A stretch of DNA of 64,000 bases from Centroscyllium fabricii (Eukaryota): the NCBI GenBank assembly GCA_051313645.2, contig JBNRSN020000001.1, forward strand, positions 588,256,001-588,320,000. Reading direction: 5' to 3'. Shown piece by piece: positions 1 to 11,671 of this stretch (position 1 is the stretch's first letter; the number at the start of each line of letters is the position of its first letter). The notes under the pieces are model-generated. The model saw nothing but the letters and a program-made list of their open reading frames with translations, searched no databases and was not told the origin of the DNA. The translations under genes were made by a program, and so were the position numbers.

Positions 1-1779
1 AAAAAGATAAGTGAAATCAAGTGTAGGTCCCTTGCAGTCAGAAGCAGGGGAAGTTATAATGGGGAACAAAGAAATGTCAGACCAATTAAATGCAGATTTT
101 GGTTCTGTCTTCACAAAAGACACAAATAACCTCCCAGAGATGCTGGGGAACATAGGATCTGATAGAAGGGAGGAACTGAAAGAAATCAGTATTTGTAGGG
201 AAATGGTGTGAGGGAAATTGACGGGATTGAAGGTCGATAAATCACCAGGGCCTGATAATCTACATCCTAGGGTACTTAAGGAAGTGGCCCTTGAAATAGT
301 AGATGCATTGCTGATCATCTTCCAACATTTGATGGAATCTGGAACTGTACCCATGGATTGGAGGGTAGCTAATGTTACCCCACTATTCAAAAAGGTTGGT
401 AGAGAGGAAGCGGGGAATTACAGACCGGTAAGCCTGACATCGGTAGTGGGGAAAATGCTGAAGTCCATTATAAAGGATGTAATAGCTGAGCACTTGGAAA
501 ACAGTGACAGGATCGGACAAAGTCAATATCGATTTACAAAAGGTAAATCGTGCTTGACTAATCTACTGGAATTTTTTGAGGATGTAACTGGGAAAATAGA
601 TAAGGGAGAACCAGTGGATGTGGTGTATTTGGACTTTCAAAAGGCGTTCGATAAGGTCCCGCATAAGAGATTAGCGTGTAAAGTTAAGGCACATGGGATT
701 GGGGGCAAGTTATTGACTTGGATAGAGAACTGGTTGGCAGACAGAAAGCAGAGAGTGGGAATAAACAGGTCTTTTTCCGAGTGGCAGGCAGGGACTAGTG
801 GGGTACCGCAGGGATCAGTCCTTGGACCCCAGCTATTCACAATATACATTAATGATTTTGATAAGGGAACTTGATGTAATATCTCCAAGGTTGCAGACGA
901 CACAAAGCTGGGTAGACGTGTGTGCTGCGAGAAGGATACCGAGAAACTCCAGGATGATTTGGACAGGTTGGGTGATTGGGCAGAAGCGTGGCAGATGCAA
1001 TATAACGTGGATAAATGCGAGGTTATCCACTTTGGTGTAAAAAACAAAGGCTGACTATTATCTGAATGGCAATAGATTTGGAGAAGGGGAAATGCAATGA
1101 GACCTGGGTGTCCTTGTGCACCAGTCACTGAAGGTAAGCATGCAGGTGCAGCAGGCGGTTAAGGCGGCAAATGATATGTTGGCCTTCATAGTGAAAGGGT
1201 TTGAGTACAGGAACAAGGATGTCCTGCTGCAGCTGTGCAGAGCCTTGGTGAGACCACACCTTGAGTACTGTGTGCAGTTTTGGTCGCCTTATTCGAGGAA
1301 GGATGTTCTTGGCATAGAAGGAGTTCAGCGAAGATTCACCAGGCTGATACCTGGGATGGCAGGAATGACGTAGGAGGAGAGATTAGGTCGATTGGGCTTA
1401 TACTCGCTCGAGTTTAGGAGAACGAAAGGGGATCTCATCGAAACTTATAAAATTCTGACAGGACTGGACAAACTAGATGCAGGAAGAATGTTCCCGATGG
1501 TCGGGGAGTCCAGAACCAGGGGTCATAGTCTAAAGATAAGGGTTAAGCCATTTAGGACAGAGATGAGGAAGAATTTCTTCACCCAGAGAGTGGTGAACCT
1601 GTGGAATTCTCTACCACAGAAGGTAGTTGAGGCCAAGTCATTAAATATATTTAAAGGAGGAGTTAGATTTATTTCTTAAGGCTAAAGGTATCAAGGGATA
1701 TGGGGAGAAGGCAGGGACAGGGTACTGAAATTGTATGATCAGCCATGAGCGCATTGAATGGCGGAGCAGGCTCGAGGGA
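1..1779 (+). mobile_element. CR1-clade (HER1-like) LINE, ORF2 reverse transcriptase region and 3' UTR; truncated by the window edge, with stops and frameshifts
   Basis: ORFs 218-874 and 1116-1679 carry CR1 RT motifs (KSPGPD..HPRVLKE, NYRPVSLTS, YLDFQKAFDKVPH, GVPQGSVLGP, FFTQRVVNLWN). A duplicated 3' tail continues at 2012-2110. Confidence 0.95.
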
Positions 1780-1784
1780 CAGGG

Positions 1785-2011
1785 TGATGTGCCATCAATA
1801 ACTCCCAAAAGACTAAGAGTTAAACTTATAACAAGTAGGCTTTTATTAACAAAAGAATACGAGCATGCCTCTGCTGGTAGACCGATCCTTAAAGCCAGGG
1901 GGACTGGAGGTCAATCACCTTTATACCTGGGCTTAGGGGTGGAGCCAGGGGCGGAGCCAGCTGAGGCATGCCCAGACATGTTCTGTACAGGCAGATTAGT
2001 GGTTTACCACA
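1785..2011 (-). mobile_element. Solo LTR of the Gypsy lineage (copy D)
   Basis: TG...CA termini (minus strand tgtggtaaacc...ggcacatca). Perfect 5-bp TSD CAGGG at 1780-1784 and 2012-2016. The end resembles the LTR at 25395. Confidence 0.85.
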
Positions 2012-2253
2012 CAGGGTACTGAGTTTGGATGATCAGCCATGATCTCATCGAATGGTGGAGCAGGCTTGAGGGGCCGAATGGCCTACTCCTGCTCCTATCT
2101 TTTATTTTTCTATCACTTACAGTTTTAAGACAAAATGCAGCAAGGCTATCTTCAAACCATATTTCATTAACTAATTTGAACATTAGAACAACATTGCATT
2201 GGTAAACTAGTGGGAATGGTTGATCTGCAGTCGCTCCTTCAGCAAAAGGCACT

Positions 2254-2808
2254 GGGCCTGAAAATGCTCAAGTCCATGGAAGGGGCTGACCTCCACACCT
2301 GACCTCACCAGGGTGAGGGTGGAATCAATTCATTTTAATACCTATGGCAGGTTACTGGCCTATTATAATTGGAACCTGGGCACACACAATAGGGTGGAAG
2401 AGTTGGGAAATGAGTCGCTGGGAAGCCAATCAACCAGCTGGCACCTCCGGCTCTGAAGACTATTTTTGCTTACATTATGGCATATTCAGGGATGTCCAGG
2501 CCCAGATCCCCAAATGGAATCCACTTCTGCTGACTCAACAACATGTACGCCAAGTTCACTCTGGTGAACAGTTTGCTGGCCAGAAGGGAGGCCAGGACAG
2601 AGCAAACCTCTACCCAGGTCCTGCTGCCTCTGATATCAGGGGCCAACATAAGGACAGGTAGGGTTTCAGTTTTCCCCAGACCTCTGAACAAAGCAGCTGC
2701 CGCTAGGATTTTGGGCAGAGGCCTGATATTTCTAGCTTCCACCAAATTTGCAAATTCACTGGGTCCATTATGCATGGATCTGCAGCAAGCCCAAGTATTT
2801 TTGGGCCC
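2254..2808. mobile_element. Non-autonomous PIF/Harbinger-type MITE
   Basis: Imperfect TIR gggcctgaaaat / atttttgggccc, 3-bp TSD ACT on both sides, no coding capacity. Confidence 0.6.
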
Positions 2809-2819
2809 ACTGCATTCAA

Positions 2820-3560
2820 AACGGTGATGCACAAATTATATATTACAGACAGCCAATACTATATCTGGTCAAAGAATTACCTCAGGGATCATCATTTATC
2901 GTTAAATTTGAAGGTCAGATTTATTTCTTAGGTGCAACTGCATTCCCGAGAGGAATAAAATTCTGGTTTGATAGGTTGTCAGTATTAAAAGGAAATCTCC
3001 AGGTTCCAAAGTCATTTAATATATAGAACTCTCCAAAGCCTAATGCAGGACACCAAGTCATTAATAACCTTACATTGCCAGGTTATATCAAGCGTCTAAC
3101 TCTATGAAACTAGGTTTGTTCCTTTTTAAATGCTTCTTTTCTCTGAGCAAAGTAAGCTGAGCGCTGAAATGTCCCCGTTTAATCATTGGCAAAATACCGA
3201 TCAAGTCTCTAAATACCAAAGACATCCTTGGTTATTTCTTTTGTCCATATATTTTAGCAGCAGGTAGCTTTTTGACATCAATATCTGATGACTAAAAGCT
3301 GTTAACCTTCTCTCTAAAAGCAGTTCAATGCCATCAGGTGCAAGAAAACCATCCTCTTGGAAATTGGTTTTTACTCTCGATGAAATGATAAAAATAAATT
3401 AGTGCTGAAAACCAGATATTGAAGTGTTCTGTATTTTAAGTACAAGTTGTTTGGAACTTCTAGTTTCCCTTTAATCTGTCAGTAACCTCTCTCACGAGAT
3501 CCAATTCATCTGCATATCCTTCGCTGTAATTTTTCCCCATTTTTCCCATCTTGAAAGAAA
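2820..3560 (-). mobile_element. Highly decayed L1/Tx1-like LINE fragment
   Basis: Minus-strand translation with many stops gives RRLTAFSHQILMSKSYLLLK, resembling the post-RT W..R.LS..GR.L..KS.LL region of Tx1/L1 ORF2. Confidence 0.35.
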
Positions 3561-3679
3561 TACAACTACTGAGTGGGATGCATACAGGAGTATAAACAGA
3601 AATACAAAATTTGAGTACAGCTAGTGAAGGTCAGAACCAACAGATAAAGTTCATAAATATTAGGTACAAGAATATCAGG

Positions 3680-4815
3680 TCCCACTGTCCAGGGCCCCAA
3701 ACACTACTTCCAGGTGAAACAGCGATTTACTTGTATTTCTTGCAATTTAGTATACTGTTTTTGCTGCTCACGATGCGGCACGGTGGGATAGTGGTTAGCA
3801 CTGTTGCCTTACAGCACTAGAGACCCGGGTTCAAATCCCGCCTCGGGTACTATGTGTGTGGAGTTTGCACATTCTCCCCGTGTCTGCGCGGGTTTCCTCC
3901 AGGTGCTCCGGTTTCCTCCCACAGTCCAAAGATGTGCGGGTTAGGTTGATTGGCCTTGATAAATTGACCCTTAGTGTTAGGGGGATTAAATATGTGGGGT
4001 TACGGGGATAGGGTGGGATATGTGTCGGTGTAGGCTCGATAGGGATTGAGGGATATGGGGACAAGGCAGGGACAGGGTGCTGGGTTTGGATGATCAGCCA
4101 TGATCTCATTGAATGGTGGAGCAGGCTCGAAGGGCCGAATGGCCTACTCCTGCTCCTATCTTCTATGTTTCTATGTTTCTACGTCTCCTCCATATTGGGG
4201 AGACCAAACACAGATTGGGTGACCTCTTTGTGGAACACCTCCGTTCAGTGTACACGCATGACCCCTGAACTTCCGGTCACCTGTCACTTTAATTCTTCGC
4301 TCCACTTCCACTCTGACCATAGCCTCTGACACTCTTCCAACGAAGCACAATGTAAGCTGGAGGAACAGCATCTCATCTTTCGATTAGGCACTTTACAGCC
4401 TTCTGGACTCAACATCGAGTTCAACAATTTCAGACCATAACCTCGGCCCCTATTTTTTCAGATGGCAGCTGATGATGATTCTGCCATTGCCATTTACCAG
4501 TCTCACCTAGACTCATCTTTTGTTTCTTAACTTGTCCCATTCCCACCCCGTTTTGCCTTGCACCATCATCCATTTTGTTAATTGATCTCTTCTGCCTTCC
4601 ACCCCATCACAGACCTTCCCTTTTGTTCTTTCCTCCGCTCCCCCTTAACTTGCTTAAAAACCTGTTAGATCTCTAACTTTTTCCAGTTCTGACAAAGAGT
4701 CATTGACCTGAATCGCTAACTGTTTCTCTCTCCACAGATGCTGCCTGACCTAGAGTATTTCCAGCATTTCCTGTTTTTATTTCCGATTTCCAGCATCTGC
4801 AGCATTTTGCTTTTG
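3680..4815 (+). mobile_element. Penelope-like element 3' fragment (GIY-YIG endonuclease plus pseudo-LTR), interrupted by a SINE
   Basis: Translates (with breaks) as IGETKHRLGD...PVTCHFNS...KLEEQHLIFRLGTLQPSGLNIEFNNF. The 3' end ctctctccacagatgctgcctgacc...ccagcat is shared with 29800-29925. Confidence 0.8.
3775..4180 (+). mobile_element. tRNA-derived V-SINE (HE1-type) with CR1-derived tail
   Basis: A/B boxes (ggtgggatagtggttagc; gggttcaaatccc), V-domain core gtggagtttgcacattctccccgtgtctgcg...ggtttcctcc, and a tail matching the CR1 3' end ending in (ttctatgt)n. Confidence 0.9.
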
Positions 4816-6210
4816 TGTTCATAAATGTCATAGTTCCACTTGGCAAACAGCAAGAAATACTCCATTTTGCTCCCAGCCTCAGTACAGTCCATGAGATTGG
4901 GGGGGGACGAGAAATAGATACATTACCCTATGCCAGACTCCTTTCCTCTACAGCATCAGAAGGATGTTGGCAGCCAGCTGGGCTTATTTTAAAAAGAAAC
5001 AAACATGAAGATAAATGTTAAAGGGCACAATATGTGTGTGTTGCTACCAGAGTAGAGCTGAAAAGATTTTGTGGCCAGATCTTCAAATGTTTGTGCCAGG
5101 AACACAAGAGCTGTTGCAGCTGCACCTCAGCACCAACTTAAAAATCAGCACAGAATACCAGCTGCAAAATCCTGGCCATTGATGTTTTTATTTATGAGAC
5201 AGGGCCATCACCTAGAATACAGGCCCTTGCATAAAGTTGAAAAGCAAAGTTAACCACCACTTCTTCAACCAGATTTGCTGGAGCATGCATTAGGAAATTT
5301 GCAACTTGCTCATTTGTGTCTCAGCACAAATTGTCTTATTGTGTAGTGTGTACAGGGAATACCAGGGTCAATTTTGAAAGACATCTGTTCTCATTAGTGT
5401 CATCCTATTGTTATTTCACCCTATCTGCACTCGACCTTTTCACAAAATTAAATAATTACACATCCAAACTACAGAAAACAAATGTCTCATCACAGAGAAG
5501 CCTTCATGTACAAAAAAAATTCCTTTTATAGACGCACAATAGATAATTAGGAAGCAATTACAAAATAGGATTTCAGACCACAGCAAACCACAAGTGAATT
5601 TTGAGTCAGTTAATATACTGTCCAAATTTCAAAGCCTAGAGATGTTTACTATCTTACACTTTTAGTTCATACTTATTTTTGCCATAGCAAATACAATTCC
5701 TGTGCAGAACATTTCTTAACATTGTATTCACAGAGCCTTCCCAGTGTTTGGAACTGCAACAAAAGCTTTGGGCAATATGGTCATTCAATGCACATTGCAA
5801 AGCTTGATGTTGTAAGATAAACACATTGAGAATATGGCAGGTAGAAGGATATTACAGGTTTTGAGTGTGGCAAGATACAGCCAAGTTTTTGTCAACAGCC
5901 AAGGGGATCTGGTGAACCATAAAAACACGAACGAGTTTAATGCATTAGTAAAGGCACTTTATTATCAAGGCACATGATCTAAGCCAACCACTTATTTATT
6001 TATACGTATATCATTCAATCTTGTCTTCGTATTCAGTTTCTAATCCTTTCTGTCCTGATTTTATTCGACACAGAGATGCTCTCAAGATCACTCAAAGCAG
6101 CCAACCCTCTCCTGAAGTGCTTTTATACTGGGTGTTTCTGTAGTTTGGGCAACAGGAGTGACATCGGTCTGTCAGCTCTTCGTCTTTACATAAATTGCTA
6201 AAACTAACGC

Positions 6211-6604
6211 GCGGCACGGTGGCATAGTGGTTAGCACTGTTGCCTCACAGCGCTAGGGGCCCGGGTTCAAATCCGGCCTCGGGTGACTGTGTGGAGTTTG
6301 CACATTCTCCACGTGTCTGCGTGGGTTTCCTCCGGGTGCTCCGGTTTCCTCCCACAGCCCAAAGATGTGGGGGTTAGGTTGATTGGCCATGATAAATTGA
6401 CCCATAGTGTAAGGGGGATTGAATATGTGGGGTTACGGGGATAGGGTGGGATGTGTGTGCAGGCTCGATAGTGATCGAGGGATATGGGGACAAGGCAGGA
6501 CAGGGTACTAGGTTTTGATGATCAGCCATGATCTCATTGAATGGCGGAGCAGGCTCAAAGGGCCGAATGGCCTTCTCCTGCTCCTATCTTCTATGTTTCT
6601 ATGT
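6211..6604 (+). mobile_element. V-SINE (HE1-type)
   Basis: Near-identical to 3775-4180. Confidence 0.9.
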
Positions 6605-7557
6605 AACACTCTTATTCTGATGGGATTCCGTATACCTATGGTCAAATATAAAAGCACCTCTGATGGCCAAGGTTTACTTCACCACAAGTATGTGTCTACA
6701 TAGGAATGATCATTCTGGGGCACCAGATTAACAGTGGGTTTACAGAGTCTTTTCACCTCTGGCATCCCAGAGCGAAGGGACAACATAAAACACCCCATTA
6801 ATCTGCAGTTGGCAAAAATACAATTTAAAAAATCTCAATTCAGAGGTGCTAAACAACATGAAGATAAATGTTATTAGAACTGGGGTTTAGAAAAAAACTG
6901 TTGCAGAAGAGGCTGCCTTTCAAATGTAGGAGTTGATATGCTATGGATGGAATCGAGGGAGCTTACATCTAGCCATACTTACCTGACCTGAGAGTATGTT
7001 GATACGGATGTTATGTACTCAAAATGGCACCCAGCACTGCCATTCCCACATTGAGGAGCATAAACATATTCATATAAAAATGACTTTAAAACCACTTTAG
7101 AGAAAAATTCTTCACTCAAAAGATGATGAATGCTAGGAATAATCTATCAAGTAGGATAATAGATTTAAAGATGCAAGCAGAATTTACTAAACGTACAGAT
7201 TAGAGGCCTACCAAACTCTAGGCTGGCTATGCAGGGTTTGTAAGATTAGGTAGTTAACATACACTTATATCGGATTAGTTATTCTACATATAACCAGCTC
7301 CGCTTATAGAAATTAAATTAAGTATTAACATATAAACAGCCAAAATCCAGAAAACAGTCAAATTAGAATCTACCCATAATGCAGAAGGGCCTGGCTAACA
7401 AAAGATGCACCAAGCTGCAGTTTGTTTGAAGGCTGGGAAACAGGCAACGAGGAAGCCCAGGCCTTGTTACAAGAGGCCCAAACATTCCAGAGGTCGGAGC
7501 AAGATAAGCAGCTATGGGAACAATCAAAACCTACGTGGTAAGCTGGCTTTAAGACAA

Positions 7558-8261
7558 GGGCCTGGAGTTTCTGCCCGATTGCGCTGTTTTGTTCAGCGCA
7601 ATTTGGCTGAAAATCAGTGTAAAAGACTGAAAAATTTTAAGTGCAAATTGCGTTTGGTGCAACTAGTTTCCGCAATCTCTTCCGCAAGTTTTAAAAACAT
7701 CGCGCTGGAAGCAGGCCCCGCCCACAGAACTGGCCATGCCCCCCAGGGTGATTAGTCACCATTGGGAGTTTCCACGAACTGTGCTAGTTTGCAAGCCTTC
7801 AGGGGGGCTTTAAAAATTAAGCTGAATCTTTTGGGCGCCAGGACACTAAAAGGTACGTTTTCAAAGCTTTTAAATGCAATTTTAGTTTTAATTTACTAAG
7901 AAACTGACTAATGAACCTAGAAAATAGTTTTATATCTCTTTCAAAAGTGAATTTCAGTTATTTAAAATCGGGTTACTCAGGAGATGGATTGACACCGATT
8001 ATAAAAATGCTGATTTTTTGTGATAAACCTATTTTCAGCTGATTTAAATCAAACTTCAAGTTACCACTTTTAATTATATGAAGGAAAAAAATTTTAAAGC
8101 AAAATTTAAAAAGCTGCCCGATTGCGCTGGCTCGTGACAGGTTTTGCGGGCAACAATATGCAAATGATTTTGAGCAGACATCATGGGGGGACAACACTTT
8201 TCAAAACGGGTGCAATTTGCACCAGAATCAGCAATTGCGCCCAAAGCGGAAACTCGAACCC
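7558..8261. mobile_element. Probable Harbinger-type MITE
   Basis: Imperfect TIR gggcctggagtttc / gaaactcgaaccc with CpG-rich ends around an AT-rich core. No clean TSD. Confidence 0.4.
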
Positions 8262-9139
8262 AGGGAGTTTAGACAGCTTGAAGTTATCGACAACAGGAGC
8301 AGAGGCCAGATGACATTCTGTGGGTTGCGCTCTTTATCCAAAGAAGGCGGCGCGCAATATTGTTTATTTCTACGTAATACTATTGCCTTAAAGAGTGTTT
8401 GATAGTTGGTTAAATTCAATAAAGGATTAATCGCAAACAAATTGGTGTCAAATCTGAATGGTTTTGGGTGACTGACCTCCTCAATTTTCCTTTGAGGATC
8501 TTGACCTAGCTGAATAAGATTGTAAGTCTTCAGTGTTAACCTCACTTAATTTTTTGCCCATTTTAAAAATGCTATTATCTATGTATTTTAGCTTTGATAC
8601 TTTTCCAAAACAGGGTTTAAAGAAGAAAACATCAAGTATTTTAAACACCAAGTAAACATGTTAGAGATATCACAGAACATGGGGGTTAGATATTTTCCCT
8701 CCACCTTCTGCATGTGGCAGGAATACAAAAAATTGCCCAAAATAATTGGGAATCAAAAACGCATTTGAAAGATTACATGGCCAGTCCTATGTCACTAGTT
8801 TTCTTTTTTGAGAAAAAGATTTCTGGATCATTTAATGTACAAGACCAACATGATCAACATCCCGTATAAACAATTATCCAGCCTCACAATAAGCTGCATT
8901 TCATTCTGTGTGATGGGTGTCAGCTCTAAATTAAGTGTGATATTAAAATAACTATTTTGGTCCCTATGGTAACTGCATACCAACATTAATCATTTTGTCA
9001 ATTAAGTTCCAAATACAAAAAGAAAAAGAAAACTGGTTGGAAAGTAGGGTAGATTATTGATGGAAATGGAAGGTGGAAACACAGGCCCCCCTTTATTATG
9101 CAGCTGTTGCGATATATTATTTAAATATAAGTACTTCAC

Positions 9140-9211
9140 CTTCTCTGCTGTAACATCATGTTTCTTTAAGGCATTTTCTCTCATTGCTCCCATTAAAAAA
9201 AGCTCATCACC
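9140..9211 (-). CDS. Candidate 72-nt symmetric exon (GDELFLMGAMRENALKKHDVTAEK), gene not recognised
   Basis: Polypyrimidine acceptor ttcttttctccaag, open 24-codon frame and donor AAG|gtgaag, all in non-repetitive DNA. Confidence 0.3.
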
Positions 9212-9794
9212 CTTGGAGAAAAGAAATTCATCTACGTCCTACGTAATGTTATTAAAGCATCAACATTAAAGATTTAGTGATAACTTGTGAGCAGGCGGCT
9301 TCGTTGCTATGGTGATGACGAGGTGATGGAACAAAAGCCGTATGGCTATTTTCTCACCCGCTTTCATCTCTATTTATCAGATCACCTGTCTTGGACCTTA
9401 CTTTTTCTTTCTCCCCTTCCAACAAGAACGGCATATCAGAAAGACACAGTATTCAATTTCAGCCACATCATCCAATGATCCCTCCATCTAATGATGTTCA
9501 CCGAGCCAGGCTCAGAATTCAATGTGTACTTAAGAACCTATTTCTGCAGCAATGCTCGCATCCCAAGAGGTTTTAAGCCAGCAACATTAATGAATAATGA
9601 ATTTGCACTCAAGTCTCAGAACCTACAATCACTTTGTTCACCTGAGGAAAGGAAAGGTTTTCTTGCTTATTTACAACATAACAAGAATTAGTAGTCAAAG
9701 TAACGCTGATTTTGAAATGCTGATTTTCAGACATGAAATATTTTCTGCAAAACACGAGACACTTAAAAAGGATACAACAGATGCATCATCAATA

Positions 9795-10211
9795 AAGGTT
9801 GAGCACCGGTAATCCGGCACCCGATGGTCCGGCAGCTTCAGCGGTCCGGCACGATTGGAAACCGGTGCTCTTCATTTTGCAGAGCAGCTGCTCGGCGGCG
9901 CCACTGTTTCCCGCGAAGGGTGAGCAAGCGCCAAAGGTGTTGGGCGTTTGTTTTTTTTTTTTTTTTTTTTTTTTTTTGAGGTGTTCTACCGTTCTACCCT
10001 ACGCTCCGGGCCCCGGGGAGTGTTCTACCCGCGCACTCCGGGCCCCGGGGAGTGTTCTACCCGCGCGCTCCGGGCCCCGGGGAGTGTTCTACCCGCGCGC
10101 TCCGGGCCCCGGGGAGTTTCTATCCGCGTGCTCCCCCCTCCCACCCCCGAACCTTCAGTGGATCGCAATGTTCAGTGGTCCGGGGGTGCCGGATTAACGG
10201 TGCTCAACCTG
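9795..10211. mobile_element. TA-flanked Tc1/mariner (pogo/Tigger-like) MITE, CAGGTTGAGCACC family, copy 1
   Basis: TIR (a)aggttgagcaccggtaatccggcacc / ggtgccggattaacggtgctcaacctg with TA on both sides. Confidence 0.85.
9980..10130. repeat. About 32-bp GC-rich minisatellite inside the MITE, preceded by poly-T
   Basis: About 4 copies of gtgttctacccgcgcgctccgggccccgggga. Confidence 0.9.
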
Positions 10212-11671
10212 TATATTGATAAATAACTACATTTTAAACTAAATTATATTCCATTCACAATGCATCAATCTTTAAACAAATAGGAGGCACTTAAAAAATG
10301 AGTCTTAAGGCATTGATGGAAAACTCCCTGCCTGCAAAGTCATGTCATTAGCTTCTTCTAAAGCACCAATTTGCTTGAATACCACACACAAATCCAAGCA
10401 GAGACACATCAAAGGCTGACAAAACTTGCAGTTCAGTTACCTTGAAATAAATATTTTCTCATTTAATAGTCTCTAAACCCAGGGAAACTAAGCAGAAAAA
10501 ATTACCAATTGCTGCTCAAATAAAATTGAGATGTCATCCCCCCAATGTTAGAGGGCATTAGTAGGTGAGGTGCTCAGACCATGAAAGTTCCAGGTTCGGT
10601 CACAGTCTTTACAGGATTAGGCAACTTCATTTAGTTCTCAATTAGGGCTGATCGTGTACTGAGCACCCATGCTGGCTGGAACTTGGTCGGCCTCAAGTGA
10701 AACGCCTACATCACCTCCATTGCTAAAGCAACCGTCAAAAAGATTAGTTGCCTCTTATAGCAAACACTTCAATTTCCCCCACCACCTCTAAAATCTATAT
10801 AACGACCAGGCCTGTCAAGATTTGGATACTGCCTTCATATCCGATGATATTTCAACACACCTCACTCAAGATACAAGTAAAAGGCTATTAATAGACAACC
10901 TCTCATTTCTCGCCTCCAGCTTCTCTCATCCTGCCATATATCTTGTATCTCCCTATTTTATTTGAAAATACAATCGTCAGTACCCCTCTGAACAATCCCA
11001 TTATTTTTGACCTCTAGTTGCAGCAGCCTACATGCTCTTCCTATCATCTGCTACTCAAACTCATTCATTTCCCCAAATTTCCCCTAAACTGTGAACCTCC
11101 TAACCTCTGTCTTCCCCTCTTAGTTACATGCAGAGGAGGGGGGAAGAGGCTCCTGTGGTGCATAAACACAGACATGGCCAAATGGCCTGTTTCTGTGCTG
11201 TACATTTAAACAATTCTTTCCAAAATCTACAAACCAAAGCTGGGCATCACTTGGAAGTGTAGTAAACGGTGAGGAAGATAGTAGTGGACTTCAAGACAGA
11301 CAGGCTGGTGGAATGGGTGGACACATGGCAGATTAAATTCAATGCAGAGGTGTGAGGTGATACATTTTGTAGGAAGAATGAGACAACACAATAGAAGCAA
11401 AATGGTACAATTTTAAAGGGAGTGCAAGAACAGTGTGCAAGAACAGTGTGCGTGCACAAATCTTTGACGGCAAAAGGACAGCTGAATAAAATAGTTAACA
11501 AAGCATATGGGATCATAGAAAATAGGAGCGGGAGTAGGCCATTCAGGCCCTCGAGCCTGCTCTGCCATTTAATGATCATCCAAGGTCAGTACCCTGCCCC
11601 TCCCTCTCCCCATATCCCTTGATCCCTTTAGCCTTAAGAAATATATCTAACTCCTTCTTGAATATATTTAA

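Noticed and set aside
3775-3850. tRNA-like A/B-box sequences at SINE heads
   Set aside because: They are tRNA-derived SINE promoters continuing into the V domain, not tRNA genes.
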